Shown here in pieces: positions 30,697 through 40,035 of a stretch of DNA of 64,000 nucleotides (position 1 is its first letter; every line of letters begins with the position of its first letter). The stretch comes from an uncultured Nitrososphaerota archaeon (GTDB lineage Archaea; Thermoproteota; Nitrososphaeria; Nitrososphaerales; CADDZS01), in contig CAWCYI010000004.1 in NCBI GenBank assembly GCA_963799845.1, positions 1,856,001-1,920,000 of the forward strand, given 5' to 3'. A program made the translations under genes and the position numbers. The notes under the pieces were generated by a model, which saw only the letters and a program-made list of their open reading frames with translations, was not told the DNA's origin and did not search any database.

Positions 30697-31503
30697 CTAT
30701 GTGGCGATAGGCAGTGCAAATCTAAAGTTCGCTCCGCTCTGGGGCTTTGGATTGTTGGCAGCCATTATGGTGCCTTCGTGAGCCTCGATAATCTTTCGCG
30801 AAATGTACAGTCCCAGGCCCATTCCAGAGCCGGTGTCAGTTTTTTTGCCAAAGCGAGTAAACAAATGCGGATATACCTGGGAACTAATACCCGGGCCAGA
30901 GTCACGTACAATCACAATTGCGTAGCGCCCTGCTCTTTCAACTGCCATTTCAATCGCTCCCTCCTCCGTTACTTTTACCGCGTTCCCGAGAATATTGAAT
31001 AGAACTTGGGCTATTCTGTTCCTGTCGGCGTAAACATTGATTTCCTCACGAGAATCAAATTGCATTTGCACGTTCCTTTTCACGAACCGTCTGTGATCCT
31101 CCTGTACTTCGGAAATTAGAGCCGTCAGGTTGAATGTTGAACGTTCTAAAATAATGTTACGGGACTCGATTCTTGCCACATCCAGTATGTTTTGAGCCAG
31201 GTATTGCAGGCGGTAGGCGTTGCGGATAATGATTCGAAGTTCTTCCTTTTCCTTTCCCAACTCGTTCTGCAACATTTCAGCATTGAAAAGGATGGGCGAG
31301 ATCGGAGCCCGGAGTTCGTGGGCGGCAATATTGATGAAATCAGATTGATCTTCGAGTTGCTTTTGAAGCGCTTTCGTTTTTGACCCATTGGCACTTTCAC
31401 TAGCATTCGATATCTTGAGTACTGAGATAAATTCGTCAAGGGCTTGAAGCCCACGGTTAGATCGATCGCCAAGATTAGCGCGTATTGGTTCTTCGTTTAT
31501 CAA
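30697..31503 (-). CDS. Histidine kinase with minimal or no sensor domain
   Basis: AAHELRAP, NILGNAVK, DSGPGIS, GMGLGLYIS; only ~50 aa precede the H-box. Confidence 0.92.
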   Translation of the reverse strand: MINEEPIRANLGDRSNRGLQALDEFISVLKISNASESANGSKTKALQKQLEDQSDFINIAAHELRAPISPILFNAEMLQNELGKEKEELRIIIRNAYRLQYLAQNILDVARIESRNIILERSTFNLTALISEVQEDHRRFVKRNVQMQFDSREEINVYADRNRIAQVLFNILGNAVKVTEEGAIEMAVERAGRYAIVIVRDSGPGISSQVYPHLFTRFGKKTDTGSGMGLGLYISRKIIEAHEGTIMAANNPKPQSGANFRFALPIAT

Positions 31504-31777
31504 ACGAATGACGCCATAATAATCATACGAAGTTACACTTAAGGTCAGAAGTCATATTGTACCAATCGAATGATCTGGTCGTCTAATTCATCTCTAAATC
31601 AGAATGAAAAGATCATTTTGCGTTCTGTAGCTAAGACAACTGATCTCGACAAATGATCCAGCTCTTAAAGTAATTGGAAGATTTCTCAAGAGATTCTTCG
31701 ATTCCATTCTGAATTAGAATTTTCTAGACAATATTATCTGTCTGTATTATTTAGCCCGATCTTGCATCAACTCATCC

Positions 31778-32707
31778 ATGCAATTGAAACAGGAAATATT
31801 GGAAAAGGGAGACTGGCGACAATGCCCTCTCTGTCGCGGAAACATCGTTCTTGACATTGAGAGCAGTGAAAATATTTGCGATTCATGCGGGCTTGTGGTA
31901 GGAAATGACCTTGCCCCACCAGAGTTAAGGGTTGGAGAATTTGCAGCAAGGCAAGACGAAAGAGCAATTGCTCCTCCAAATCGCTTCGGTCAGACCTTCA
32001 TTGACAGAAGGAACGTTGATTCGAAAGGCAGGAAAATTCAAACTGCCGATAACCTGTTCATGATGCGAAAGCTGGACTTCCAGTCTTCGGCAGATAACTC
32101 GGACCGGAGCTACAAACGAGCCCTTCTGGAGATTACAAGAACCGGGGAACGACTGGGATTGGGCTTAGCCATTCAACGTGAGGCGATGTCGATTTATTCA
32201 AAAGCATCCGAAGAGGGCCTCATCAGAGGGAGATCGGTCGACGGTATCTGCACGGCCGCAATTTATGTAGCATGCAGGAAGCTAAATGTCCCTAGATTAT
32301 TGCAGGATATCGTTGAGGTCGCGGCTCACGAAGATCGCAAACAAATCGCACCGTACTGCAAACTGCTCTTTCGTCGGTTAGGAATTAGAGTGTCTCAGTT
32401 GGGTGCCGCGGAATATGTTGACTATGTTGCCCGGAACGCCCGGATTAGTTCCAGAACGCAGAGGGAAGCTCTATCTCTGCTATCTTCGATCGAGGGAAGT
32501 GCGATGCTCTCCGGAAAAAGGCCGATATCAATCGCTGCCGCTGCCTTGTACCTGGCTTCAAAAAAGACCGGAGAAAACTCCAGCCAGCTTCGAATCGCGG
32601 GTGCTACAAACTTGATGCCCACGACAGTACCAAAGACAGCTCTGGATATTGAACAAATATTCAAAGATCGAAAGCAAGAAACTGAGAATATTCCCCCCAC
32701 TCCCTAA
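31778..32707 (+). CDS. tfb: Transcription initiation factor IIB paralog (divergent)
   Basis: Zn ribbon CPLC...CDSCG, cyclin repeats GLIRGRS...AAIYVACR and GKRPISIAAAALYLA. Confidence 0.93.
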   Translation: MQLKQEILEKGDWRQCPLCRGNIVLDIESSENICDSCGLVVGNDLAPPELRVGEFAARQDERAIAPPNRFGQTFIDRRNVDSKGRKIQTADNLFMMRKLDFQSSADNSDRSYKRALLEITRTGERLGLGLAIQREAMSIYSKASEEGLIRGRSVDGICTAAIYVACRKLNVPRLLQDIVEVAAHEDRKQIAPYCKLLFRRLGIRVSQLGAAEYVDYVARNARISSRTQREALSLLSSIEGSAMLSGKRPISIAAAALYLASKKTGENSSQLRIAGATNLMPTTVPKTALDIEQIFKDRKQETENIPPTP

Positions 32708-33044
32708 AACTTGATGATCCCGTTTGGAAAAGTGCCTGAAGTAGTAGTTGTTTAGCCAGTAGACCACTATCTGGTATTGCACCCCCCGGTTGAAGACCTG
32801 AAAATGTTGCGGGCGTACACTCTGTCTTTATCGTAGAACCGTTGATCCTTAGATCAACCTGAACGCCGGATATCTCGGTTCCAGTTAGGAGGCTGCTGGA
32901 GACCGCGATGCTGTTTGTTGGAATTGGCAGTGATGTCTGGGAATAATATGTCGTGAATAAAAGTGAGGAGAAAATCACAGCTATTGCAACGGCTAGGACA
33001 GGAAACATTCCGGATAGGGAAGAAGAATGTTTCTTACTCGCCAA
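32705..33044 (-). pseudogene. N-terminal fragment of membrane-anchored extracellular repeat protein
   Basis: Signal/TM helix, then IAVSSSLLTGTEISG...PATFSGLQPG/VQYQIVVYWLNNYYFRHFSNG; truncated at the tfb 3' end. Confidence 0.55.
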
Positions 33045-33204
33045 GGCAACGAGTACTAAGTTGTTATGTCTCTATTTACTGATGACCGAATCTTTTTCGA
33101 GAAGAATCAACCAGTTCATGCGTTTATGATGATTAGTTATTCGCTAGTAGAGTACTTTGCAATATTCAGTTCTCGCGATATGCTTTAGAATGTAAATTTC
33201 CGAG

Positions 33205-34179
33205 TTGGCAAATCCAATGCCCACGTCAAAATTGGCGATTCCAAAATCTCTTGACGCTCTTTCTGAGTCAGATCTGAAGAGAAAGAAACTTGCTTCGAAA
33301 ATTATGACGAAGACTCTCAGCTACCTCACAGGCGAGTTGGTCGGTCAAGACTTTGAATGGCTCCTGCCGGTAATTTTCTCGAAGATGACAGACCCCCTGT
33401 GGCCGGACCCCGGTGCCTCGATAGAGAAGAGAATCGAGATTGAAATTTACGGCCAGACTGTCAGAACGACTGCGAGCATGATAATCCACAAAATGTTTGC
33501 CAGCTCGCTTGCATTCCCGAGGTTGTTCGTGCTTTCTCCGAACGTCAGAATCGAGAAGAGCGAGAGACAGACTACCGGCTGGCACGCGTACGAATTCACT
33601 CAGCTCGACTTTGAAGTTAGCAACGCCTCCTCCAAGGACGTGTTTAACATGGTCGAAGGGTGGATTTGCGGGCTGATCAGGAATCTCAAGCTGAGTTCAA
33701 GGAAAGAACTTTCAGAGCTCGGAACGTATTCCAAGCTGAAGGTTCCTAAGGCTCCATTCAAGGTCTACGATAGCGAGGAACTCCAAGCCGAGCACGGATC
33801 GGAGTGGGAAAAGTGGTTGGCTTCGGAAATCAACGATCCCGTTTGGGTCACGAATATTCCGAGGGAGTTTTACGATTTTCAGGACATTAGTACAAACTCT
33901 TGGGACAACTACGATCTCTTCGTTCCAAAATACGGAGAGATCCTTTCGGGCGCAAAGAGAGAATGGGAGTTCAGCAAGATCCAGAGCAAGATCAAGAGGG
34001 ACGGCGTCAACGCTGAGAACTATACTCTGCTCCTGAAACTCGCAAAACAGAAGAGATTGAAGCCTTCGGCTGGAGGTGGGATAGGAGTTGAACGGTTGGT
34101 GAGCTGGCTCGTCGGCGCAAAGCACATCGGCGAAGTTTCCCCATTCCCTAAGGTTCCAGGGTTCGTCTACCAACTTTGA
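33205..34179 (+). CDS. asnA: Archaeal asparagine synthetase A (AsnRS-like catalytic domain only)
   Basis: TDPLWPDP, SMIIHK, SPNVRIE, HAYEFTQLDFE, GEILSGAKRE, SAGGGIGVERL; no anticodon-binding domain. Confidence 0.9.
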   Translation: MANPMPTSKLAIPKSLDALSESDLKRKKLASKIMTKTLSYLTGELVGQDFEWLLPVIFSKMTDPLWPDPGASIEKRIEIEIYGQTVRTTASMIIHKMFASSLAFPRLFVLSPNVRIEKSERQTTGWHAYEFTQLDFEVSNASSKDVFNMVEGWICGLIRNLKLSSRKELSELGTYSKLKVPKAPFKVYDSEELQAEHGSEWEKWLASEINDPVWVTNIPREFYDFQDISTNSWDNYDLFVPKYGEILSGAKREWEFSKIQSKIKRDGVNAENYTLLLKLAKQKRLKPSAGGGIGVERLVSWLVGAKHIGEVSPFPKVPGFVYQL

Positions 34180-34432
34180 CGAGATTTCTTCGACTGCAAG
34201 ACGGACGCCCTTTCTTTAGGTCTGCAGGTACGAAACTACCTGAAGTACGCGCGGTTACGGTGATTTTACTCTAAAATAAAGTAACTCCGTAACATAACTA
34301 TGGCATTTGAAATTGTCGAAGAGCTTGAAACGAGCTCTCGGTTACGGAGAATTGCATCCTATTTTCGATCAATGATCAAATTACCCACACACGTGAAATG
34401 ACCCTTTGGGGCCCACTTGCTGAAGGACTGCC

Positions 34433-36399
34433 CTAAACATTAATAGTCTTCTCTTGCTCCTCGGATTTCTTAGGACTATTCAAGCCCATTTTCTTGACGA
34501 GCGCATCATATCTCGGCTCCCCATGGAGGTTTTCGTAGACAAAGTCCGAGGCCATGGAGGGAAGATAGCCCTCCCGTTGCTCGTACGCTTTTTCTAGAAA
34601 CTCGATCGCCCTTTCTTTCTCGCCGAGCACCGCATAAACGGCCGCAATCCTCGTGTAGAGAAGCGGCTTCCCCTCGACGGGTTGTTCAAGCAAGACCAAA
34701 AGCTCCTGGCTTCTTCAGGCTGGTTTGCCTTGTCATAAGCGTAGGCTAGGTCTCCATAGAAGACCGTGGTCTTGCTCTCTTCTACAGCCTTCTTCACCTC
34801 TGCAAGACCGACATCGATCATCCCTTTGCGTATATGTGCCAGCCCCAAATTATCCAAGACGAACGTATTACCGGGATCGAGTTCCAGCGCTCCCGAGAAT
34901 AGTTCGATCGCCCGATCGTACTGTCCGGAATAAAGATGCCAGGTTCCTGCGTTTCCCAAGGTCTCCACCGAAAGAGGGTTCAGTTGTACTGCCTTATCGA
35001 CTTCTATAAGGCATTCATCCCAATGGCCCGTGAAAGCGAAAATCGAGGACAGCCCGTCATGGGCTTCTGCCAGATTCGGGTTGAGCTCGATTGCTTTTAT
35101 GAAATCCTGTTCACGCGATGCAAAATCGAAATTAGTTCCGTGAGAAAAGGCAAGGGCCAGATGCGAGTCGGCTAGAGAATCGTCAAGTGCGAGAGCCTTT
35201 TTGGCTAATCCTTCGGCGCGCTCAAAAGCTACCTTCGAATCCATGAGATCCTGGAACCCGAGTTTTGAGTAAACACCCGCTAGTCCGCAGTAGGCGAGAA
35301 CGAACTTCGGATCTAGTCGAATTGCTGCCTCGAAATGCCCGATCGCACTCTCCAGGGAGCTTTTATCCCATCTCTGCAAGTTCACTCGACCTTTTAGATA
35401 TTCCAGATGGGCTTCTACACTTGCGGTCTCTTTCCGATCGATATTCTTCCGATCCAGATCTGTTAATTTCAGATGTAAACTGGAGGCGACACTCTCTGCC
35501 AGTTCAGTCTGAACTGCAAAGATGTCTTCGAGATTACGATCATAACTCTCAGCCCAAAGGTGACTTTCAGTATTGGAGTTGATGAGCTGCGCGGTAACAC
35601 GGATTCTATTGCCGGCTTTTCGAACACTTCCTTCGATCAGGGATCCCGCCCTAAGTTCTCTCCCGATCTGACCTGCACTCTTTTCCTTTTTCTTGTAATT
35701 CATTATGGAGGTTCGCGCGATCACTTCAAGACCCCTTAGCAGAGATAATCTGGCGATCAGCTCCTCGGTCAAGCCATCGGCGAAGAACTCATCATTGGGA
35801 TCGGGGCTCAAACTCGTAAAGGGAAGAACGGCAACACGATGCCTGTCAAGAGATACCTCGGTCACAAAATCCCTTTCCCACGGGAGGTCCACCTTGTAGA
35901 TCTCTATATTATCCGTTACGTTCTTCAAACTCTTGTTTCCCAAGCTGGACAGATGGTGTTCGAATTTGTTTTTGATTTGAACAGCTACCTGTTCGGTTAG
36001 GCTGATTCCTCCAGGCGGAGCAAGGGCCTCAATTCTCGAGGCGATATTAACAGCGTCTCCGTAGACATCGTTTTGGTTGTGGATGACGTCCCCAAGGTGG
36101 ATTCCTATCCGTAACAAAATCCGTTTTTCCGGGGACCGATTCAAATTTGATTCATGGAAAGAGTTCTGAATTTCAAAAGCGCAGCTTGCAGCGTCCAATG
36201 CACTCGCAAATTCCACCAGGAAGGCGTCTCCGATGGTCTTAATTTCTTGGCCTCTATGTTTAGGAAGAAATGATCTCAATATTTTCCGGTGCTCATCCAG
36301 TAGTTCCATGGCCAGAACCTCGTTCTTCTGAGTGAGAGATGTGTACCCCACAATATCAGTGAACATGATCGCAGCTAGTCTGCGATCGGCTTGGAGCAG
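34433..36399 (-). CDS. Class III adenylate/guanylate cyclase + TolB-like + TPR protein (frameshift ~34700)
   Basis: RRLAAIMFTDIVGYT, KTIGDAFL, DVYGDAVNIASR, AVLPF...FADGLTEELI, GSVRKAGNRIRVTAQL, multiple TPRs. Confidence 0.9.
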
Positions 36400-36554
36400 T
36401 AAATTCGCCCTCTAATCCTTTCATTCGAACTTGGAAATAAAACAGTAATGTTTCCCATACGCAATTGTAACGAACGAAAGTTTCGAACTTTTCAATTCAA
36501 AATCTTGAGGTTTGACAGAATCCTTTACTATGTACTGATTGCTCGCTGTCCACA

Positions 36555-37457
36555 ATGAGCGAAAATAGGGAAGGGCTGATCAACGTCCTCGGGTACAATT
36601 TGTTCTATCGAGTGTTTGAGCCAAAGGAAGGCGGGGTAAAGGGAACGATACTTTGTCTCCACGGAGGACCTGGATTCCCGCACAATTATCTACTTTCGCT
36701 CTGCGACCTCACCAATTTCGGTTATCGAACGGTTTTCTATGACCAGCTTGGCGTTGGCAACTCCGAGATGCCGAAGAACAAGTACATCTTTTCGATCGAA
36801 TACGGCGTCGAGGAAGTTGAAGCTTTTCGCAAGGCAATGAATCTCGGAAAGGTGAATCTGTTCGGATCAAGTTACGGCGGTCTCCTAGCGATCGCTTACG
36901 CTCTAAAATATCAGAGGAATTTGAAGAGCCTCATAACCGCAGGCGGGCTTGCCAGCGTTCCGCTGACGGTTGCTGAAATGGATAGAATGAAGTCGGAGCT
37001 CAAACCGGAGGTGGTTTCGGTTCTCGAAAAATACGAGAGCATTGGCGACTTTGAAAATCCTGAATACATCAATGCCGTTATGGTGTTTTATCGCGAGCAC
37101 TTCTGCAGGCTATCACCGTGGCCGGACGATGTTCAGTATGCCATCGACAATGTCAGTAAACCGGTCTACTCGTTGATGAATGGACCGAACGACTTCACGA
37201 TAACTGGCGGCCTGAAATACTGGGACGTCACGGACAAGCTCCACACGATAAAAGTACCCACCTACGTCACCGGAGGAAGGTTTGACGAAGTTTCAACCAA
37301 GGTGGCTGAGAGTATCCACAAAGGTATCAAGGGATCCAAGAGATCAACCTTCGAGAAGAGTTCTCATTTGCCGTTCTGGGAGGAGCGGAACAAGTACATG
37401 AAAGCCGTTGCAAACTTCCTTGATAGCCTGAATGAAAGTAGGAAGAGAAAAATTTGA
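36555..37457 (+). CDS. pip: Proline iminopeptidase (tricorn-interacting factor F1-like)
   Basis: LHGGPG, YDQLG, GSSYGG nucleophile, MNGPNDF, GRFDEV, SSHLPFWEE. Confidence 0.92.
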   Translation: MSENREGLINVLGYNLFYRVFEPKEGGVKGTILCLHGGPGFPHNYLLSLCDLTNFGYRTVFYDQLGVGNSEMPKNKYIFSIEYGVEEVEAFRKAMNLGKVNLFGSSYGGLLAIAYALKYQRNLKSLITAGGLASVPLTVAEMDRMKSELKPEVVSVLEKYESIGDFENPEYINAVMVFYREHFCRLSPWPDDVQYAIDNVSKPVYSLMNGPNDFTITGGLKYWDVTDKLHTIKVPTYVTGGRFDEVSTKVAESIHKGIKGSKRSTFEKSSHLPFWEERNKYMKAVANFLDSLNESRKRKI

Positions 37458-37490
37458 AGGTTCTTATTTCCGAAATCTGTTGAGCTGTCT

Positions 37491-37913
37491 ATGAAATTCG
37501 CCGTACCCACTTCAACCATAGTTGTTGCAATTATTGCAGTTCTCGCAATCGGATTGTTTGCAGGATTTGGATTTATTCGAAGAACTACGCGTGGCACCAC
37601 GAACTACGTGAACCAGACTCAAATTCAGACATTCCTCTCGACGCAGGCCGTGGTGCAGAGTGCTGTAACGACAACCACAACGACCTCTATCTCGCCGTCA
37701 ACTCATACTGTTTCTACCGTATCTACATTGAGGGTTCCAACGACATTGGATTTTTCTATCACAAAATACCAAAACAGTACCGAACTCGAAACCCAAACCG
37801 TTTACAAAACGATTAACCAGACCACGACAACTGAACCGAGCGGGGCTGTAACTTTGCTTTCAAACTACTTGATTAGTTTCACGGTTTACGAGCCTGATCT
37901 AGCTTTGACATAG
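37491..37913 (+). CDS. Thr-rich membrane-anchored protein (probably continues degraded to ~38140)
   Basis: N-terminal TM plus T-rich stalk. Confidence 0.55.
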   Translation: MKFAVPTSTIVVAIIAVLAIGLFAGFGFIRRTTRGTTNYVNQTQIQTFLSTQAVVQSAVTTTTTTSISPSTHTVSTVSTLRVPTTLDFSITKYQNSTELETQTVYKTINQTTTTEPSGAVTLLSNYLISFTVYEPDLALT

Positions 37914-38411
37914 GCCTCGTTCTATCCGGGTTTCAATAGATTTCTTGACATCAGTTACGAATCCACCGATCCGATTCACTGGGTCCTCTACGGAAACTCT
38001 GTAAATGAAACGTCATTCCCACGTCGAATTTCCTGTGATGGCAGACGTCAGGTATTCCCTCTACGTTTACAATGACGACTGTAATTTTGGGGGATGCACG
38101 ACCCCTTTCAATGTCATGGCATCCTTAGTTTATGAATATTGAGCGAGACTTCCCTTGGGTTTAATGTCCCCTTTTTCTACGCCTCGTAAGTATGTAGATT
38201 CTTGTTTTCGATCATATTCTCTATGCAATAACCACATGCGCGATAAATTACTGTACCTTATGCGAGAAACAGATTCGGAATCTTCATTGAAATAACGAAT
38301 TTATTCCTATTCTATGTAATTCATTAGGGCGCGTGTTCCTATCCCAACTTAGAGTTTCCGAATGACCAGATTTATATCATAAGACGGACCAAAACCGATT
38401 CGAATAGAATT

Positions 38412-39953
38412 TTGACAGAACTGAGCTTTGAAACAATTGAGCTACCCTCACTTTTCGCGGATTGTTACGTTTCAAAAGAGGGCATTCCGGAATTTGGAAT
38501 GTTTATCGGTGGAAAGTGGAGCAAAGCAACCGGTGGGGGCACGATCGATGTTAGATCCCCTATCGACCGAGCGGTGATTGCCCGAGTCCAGAGCGGAACG
38601 ACGGTCGACGCCGATAAAGCCGTGAATAGCGCGTTTGTATCGCGCAAGAAGATTAGAGACATTCCCGCCATAGATCGCATCAACATCCTGAATCGCGCCA
38701 GGCACATAATCGAGGATAATCAGGAGTACTTCGTCCGCGCGCTCGTTTTAGAAGCCGGAAAGACACCAGAGGCCGGTCAGAGCGAGGTCAAAGCCGCCCT
38801 CAACCGAATCAAAATGACCATGGAAGAAGCCCGAAGCATATTTGGAGAATACCTCCCGGGCGACTGGTCAGAAGATACGGTTGCAAAGTTCGCCCTTGTG
38901 ATCCACGAACCGCTCGGGGTCATTACCTGCATAACACCATTCAACTATCCGCTTTTCTCCCTGGTGGCGAAGGTCATCCCGGCTCTCGTTTCCGGCAACG
39001 CAATCGTGATCAAGCCAGCGACGGACGATCCGATATCCTCGATCCTTCTGACCAGAGTGCTTCAGGAATCGGGTATTCCAGATGGTGTTGTGAACCTGGT
39101 GACCGGGCACGGCAAGGAAGTAGGGGATACCCTCGTGAGCCACAAACTGGTGAGCATGGTCACGCTTACGGGTAGCACCGAGACGGGAAAGCACATCGCC
39201 AGAATGTCCGATATGAAAAAGTTACACCTCGAGCTCGGCGGAAAGGGATCGGCGGTGGTAGCGGAAGATGCCGATCTTACGCTCGCTGCGAAGAAGATCC
39301 TCGAAGGCGCCCTAAAATTCTCGGGCCAGAGGTGCGACGCAATCAGCAGGGTTCTTGCTTTCGAAGTAATCCACGACAAATTAATCACGCACATCCTGAA
39401 AGAATTCGGACACTGGAAACTGGGAGACCCCAGAGTCGAGGGAAACAATATGGGACCTCTGATCAACGAGGGTGCTGCTAGCAAGGTACAGCTTCTGGTC
39501 GACGATGCGCTGTCGAAAGGCGCGAAGCTCCTGAGAGGCGGTAAACACAAGGGCGCCTACTTCGAACCAACAATCCTGGACAGCGTACCCCTTGAAGCGA
39601 AGATATCATGGGAAGAAACATTCGGCCCGATCGTGACGATCATTCCGGTAAAGGACTTGGACGCGGCGATCAAGATAGTCAATGAATCCCGGTACGGCCT
39701 TGACTCCTGCATCTTTACGCAGAACTTCTACACGGCATGGAAAGCGGCGAAGAGCTTCGAAGAAGGCTCGGTCGCAATAAATGATGCACCGGCTCACGGT
39801 GTGGGCTACTTCCCATTTGGAGGCAACAAAGATTCTGGACTTGGGAGAGAAGGCGTTGGGCACAGCATCGATGAGATGACCCGCCTCAAAACGATTCAAT
39901 TCAACCTGGCTCCTGCGGGGCTTGGAAAAGTCAGGCAACAATTACGGATGTGA
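38412..39953 (+). CDS. gapN: Aldehyde dehydrogenase, non-phosphorylating GAPDH (GAPN)-like
   Basis: GEYLPGDWS, ITPFNYPL, TGSTETG, LELGGK, SGQRCDA, EETFGP, HGVGYFPFGG. Confidence 0.85.
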   Translation: MTELSFETIELPSLFADCYVSKEGIPEFGMFIGGKWSKATGGGTIDVRSPIDRAVIARVQSGTTVDADKAVNSAFVSRKKIRDIPAIDRINILNRARHIIEDNQEYFVRALVLEAGKTPEAGQSEVKAALNRIKMTMEEARSIFGEYLPGDWSEDTVAKFALVIHEPLGVITCITPFNYPLFSLVAKVIPALVSGNAIVIKPATDDPISSILLTRVLQESGIPDGVVNLVTGHGKEVGDTLVSHKLVSMVTLTGSTETGKHIARMSDMKKLHLELGGKGSAVVAEDADLTLAAKKILEGALKFSGQRCDAISRVLAFEVIHDKLITHILKEFGHWKLGDPRVEGNNMGPLINEGAASKVQLLVDDALSKGAKLLRGGKHKGAYFEPTILDSVPLEAKISWEETFGPIVTIIPVKDLDAAIKIVNESRYGLDSCIFTQNFYTAWKAAKSFEEGSVAINDAPAHGVGYFPFGGNKDSGLGREGVGHSIDEMTRLKTIQFNLAPAGLGKVRQQLRM

Positions 39954-40035
39954 ACTATCTGTGAATAGATTCACGTGTGTTATTGGCCTCTAGGGCTATT
40001 TTAGCCCTAAAACTTGAAAGACTACTGTCTCATCA

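Noticed and set aside
800-31800. Eukaryotic heat-shock elements (nGAAn arrays, TTCTAGAA)
   Set aside because: The dominant spacing is GAA-N5-TTC rather than GAA-N2-TTC, and no HSF-like gene is present
33205-34179. Asparaginyl/aspartyl-tRNA synthetase
   Set aside because: Lacks the OB-fold anticodon domain and has motifs of the archaeal asparagine synthetase
38465-39941. Antisense ORFs overlapping gapN (and similar shadow ORFs elsewhere)
   Set aside because: Opposite-strand shadows of well-supported genes
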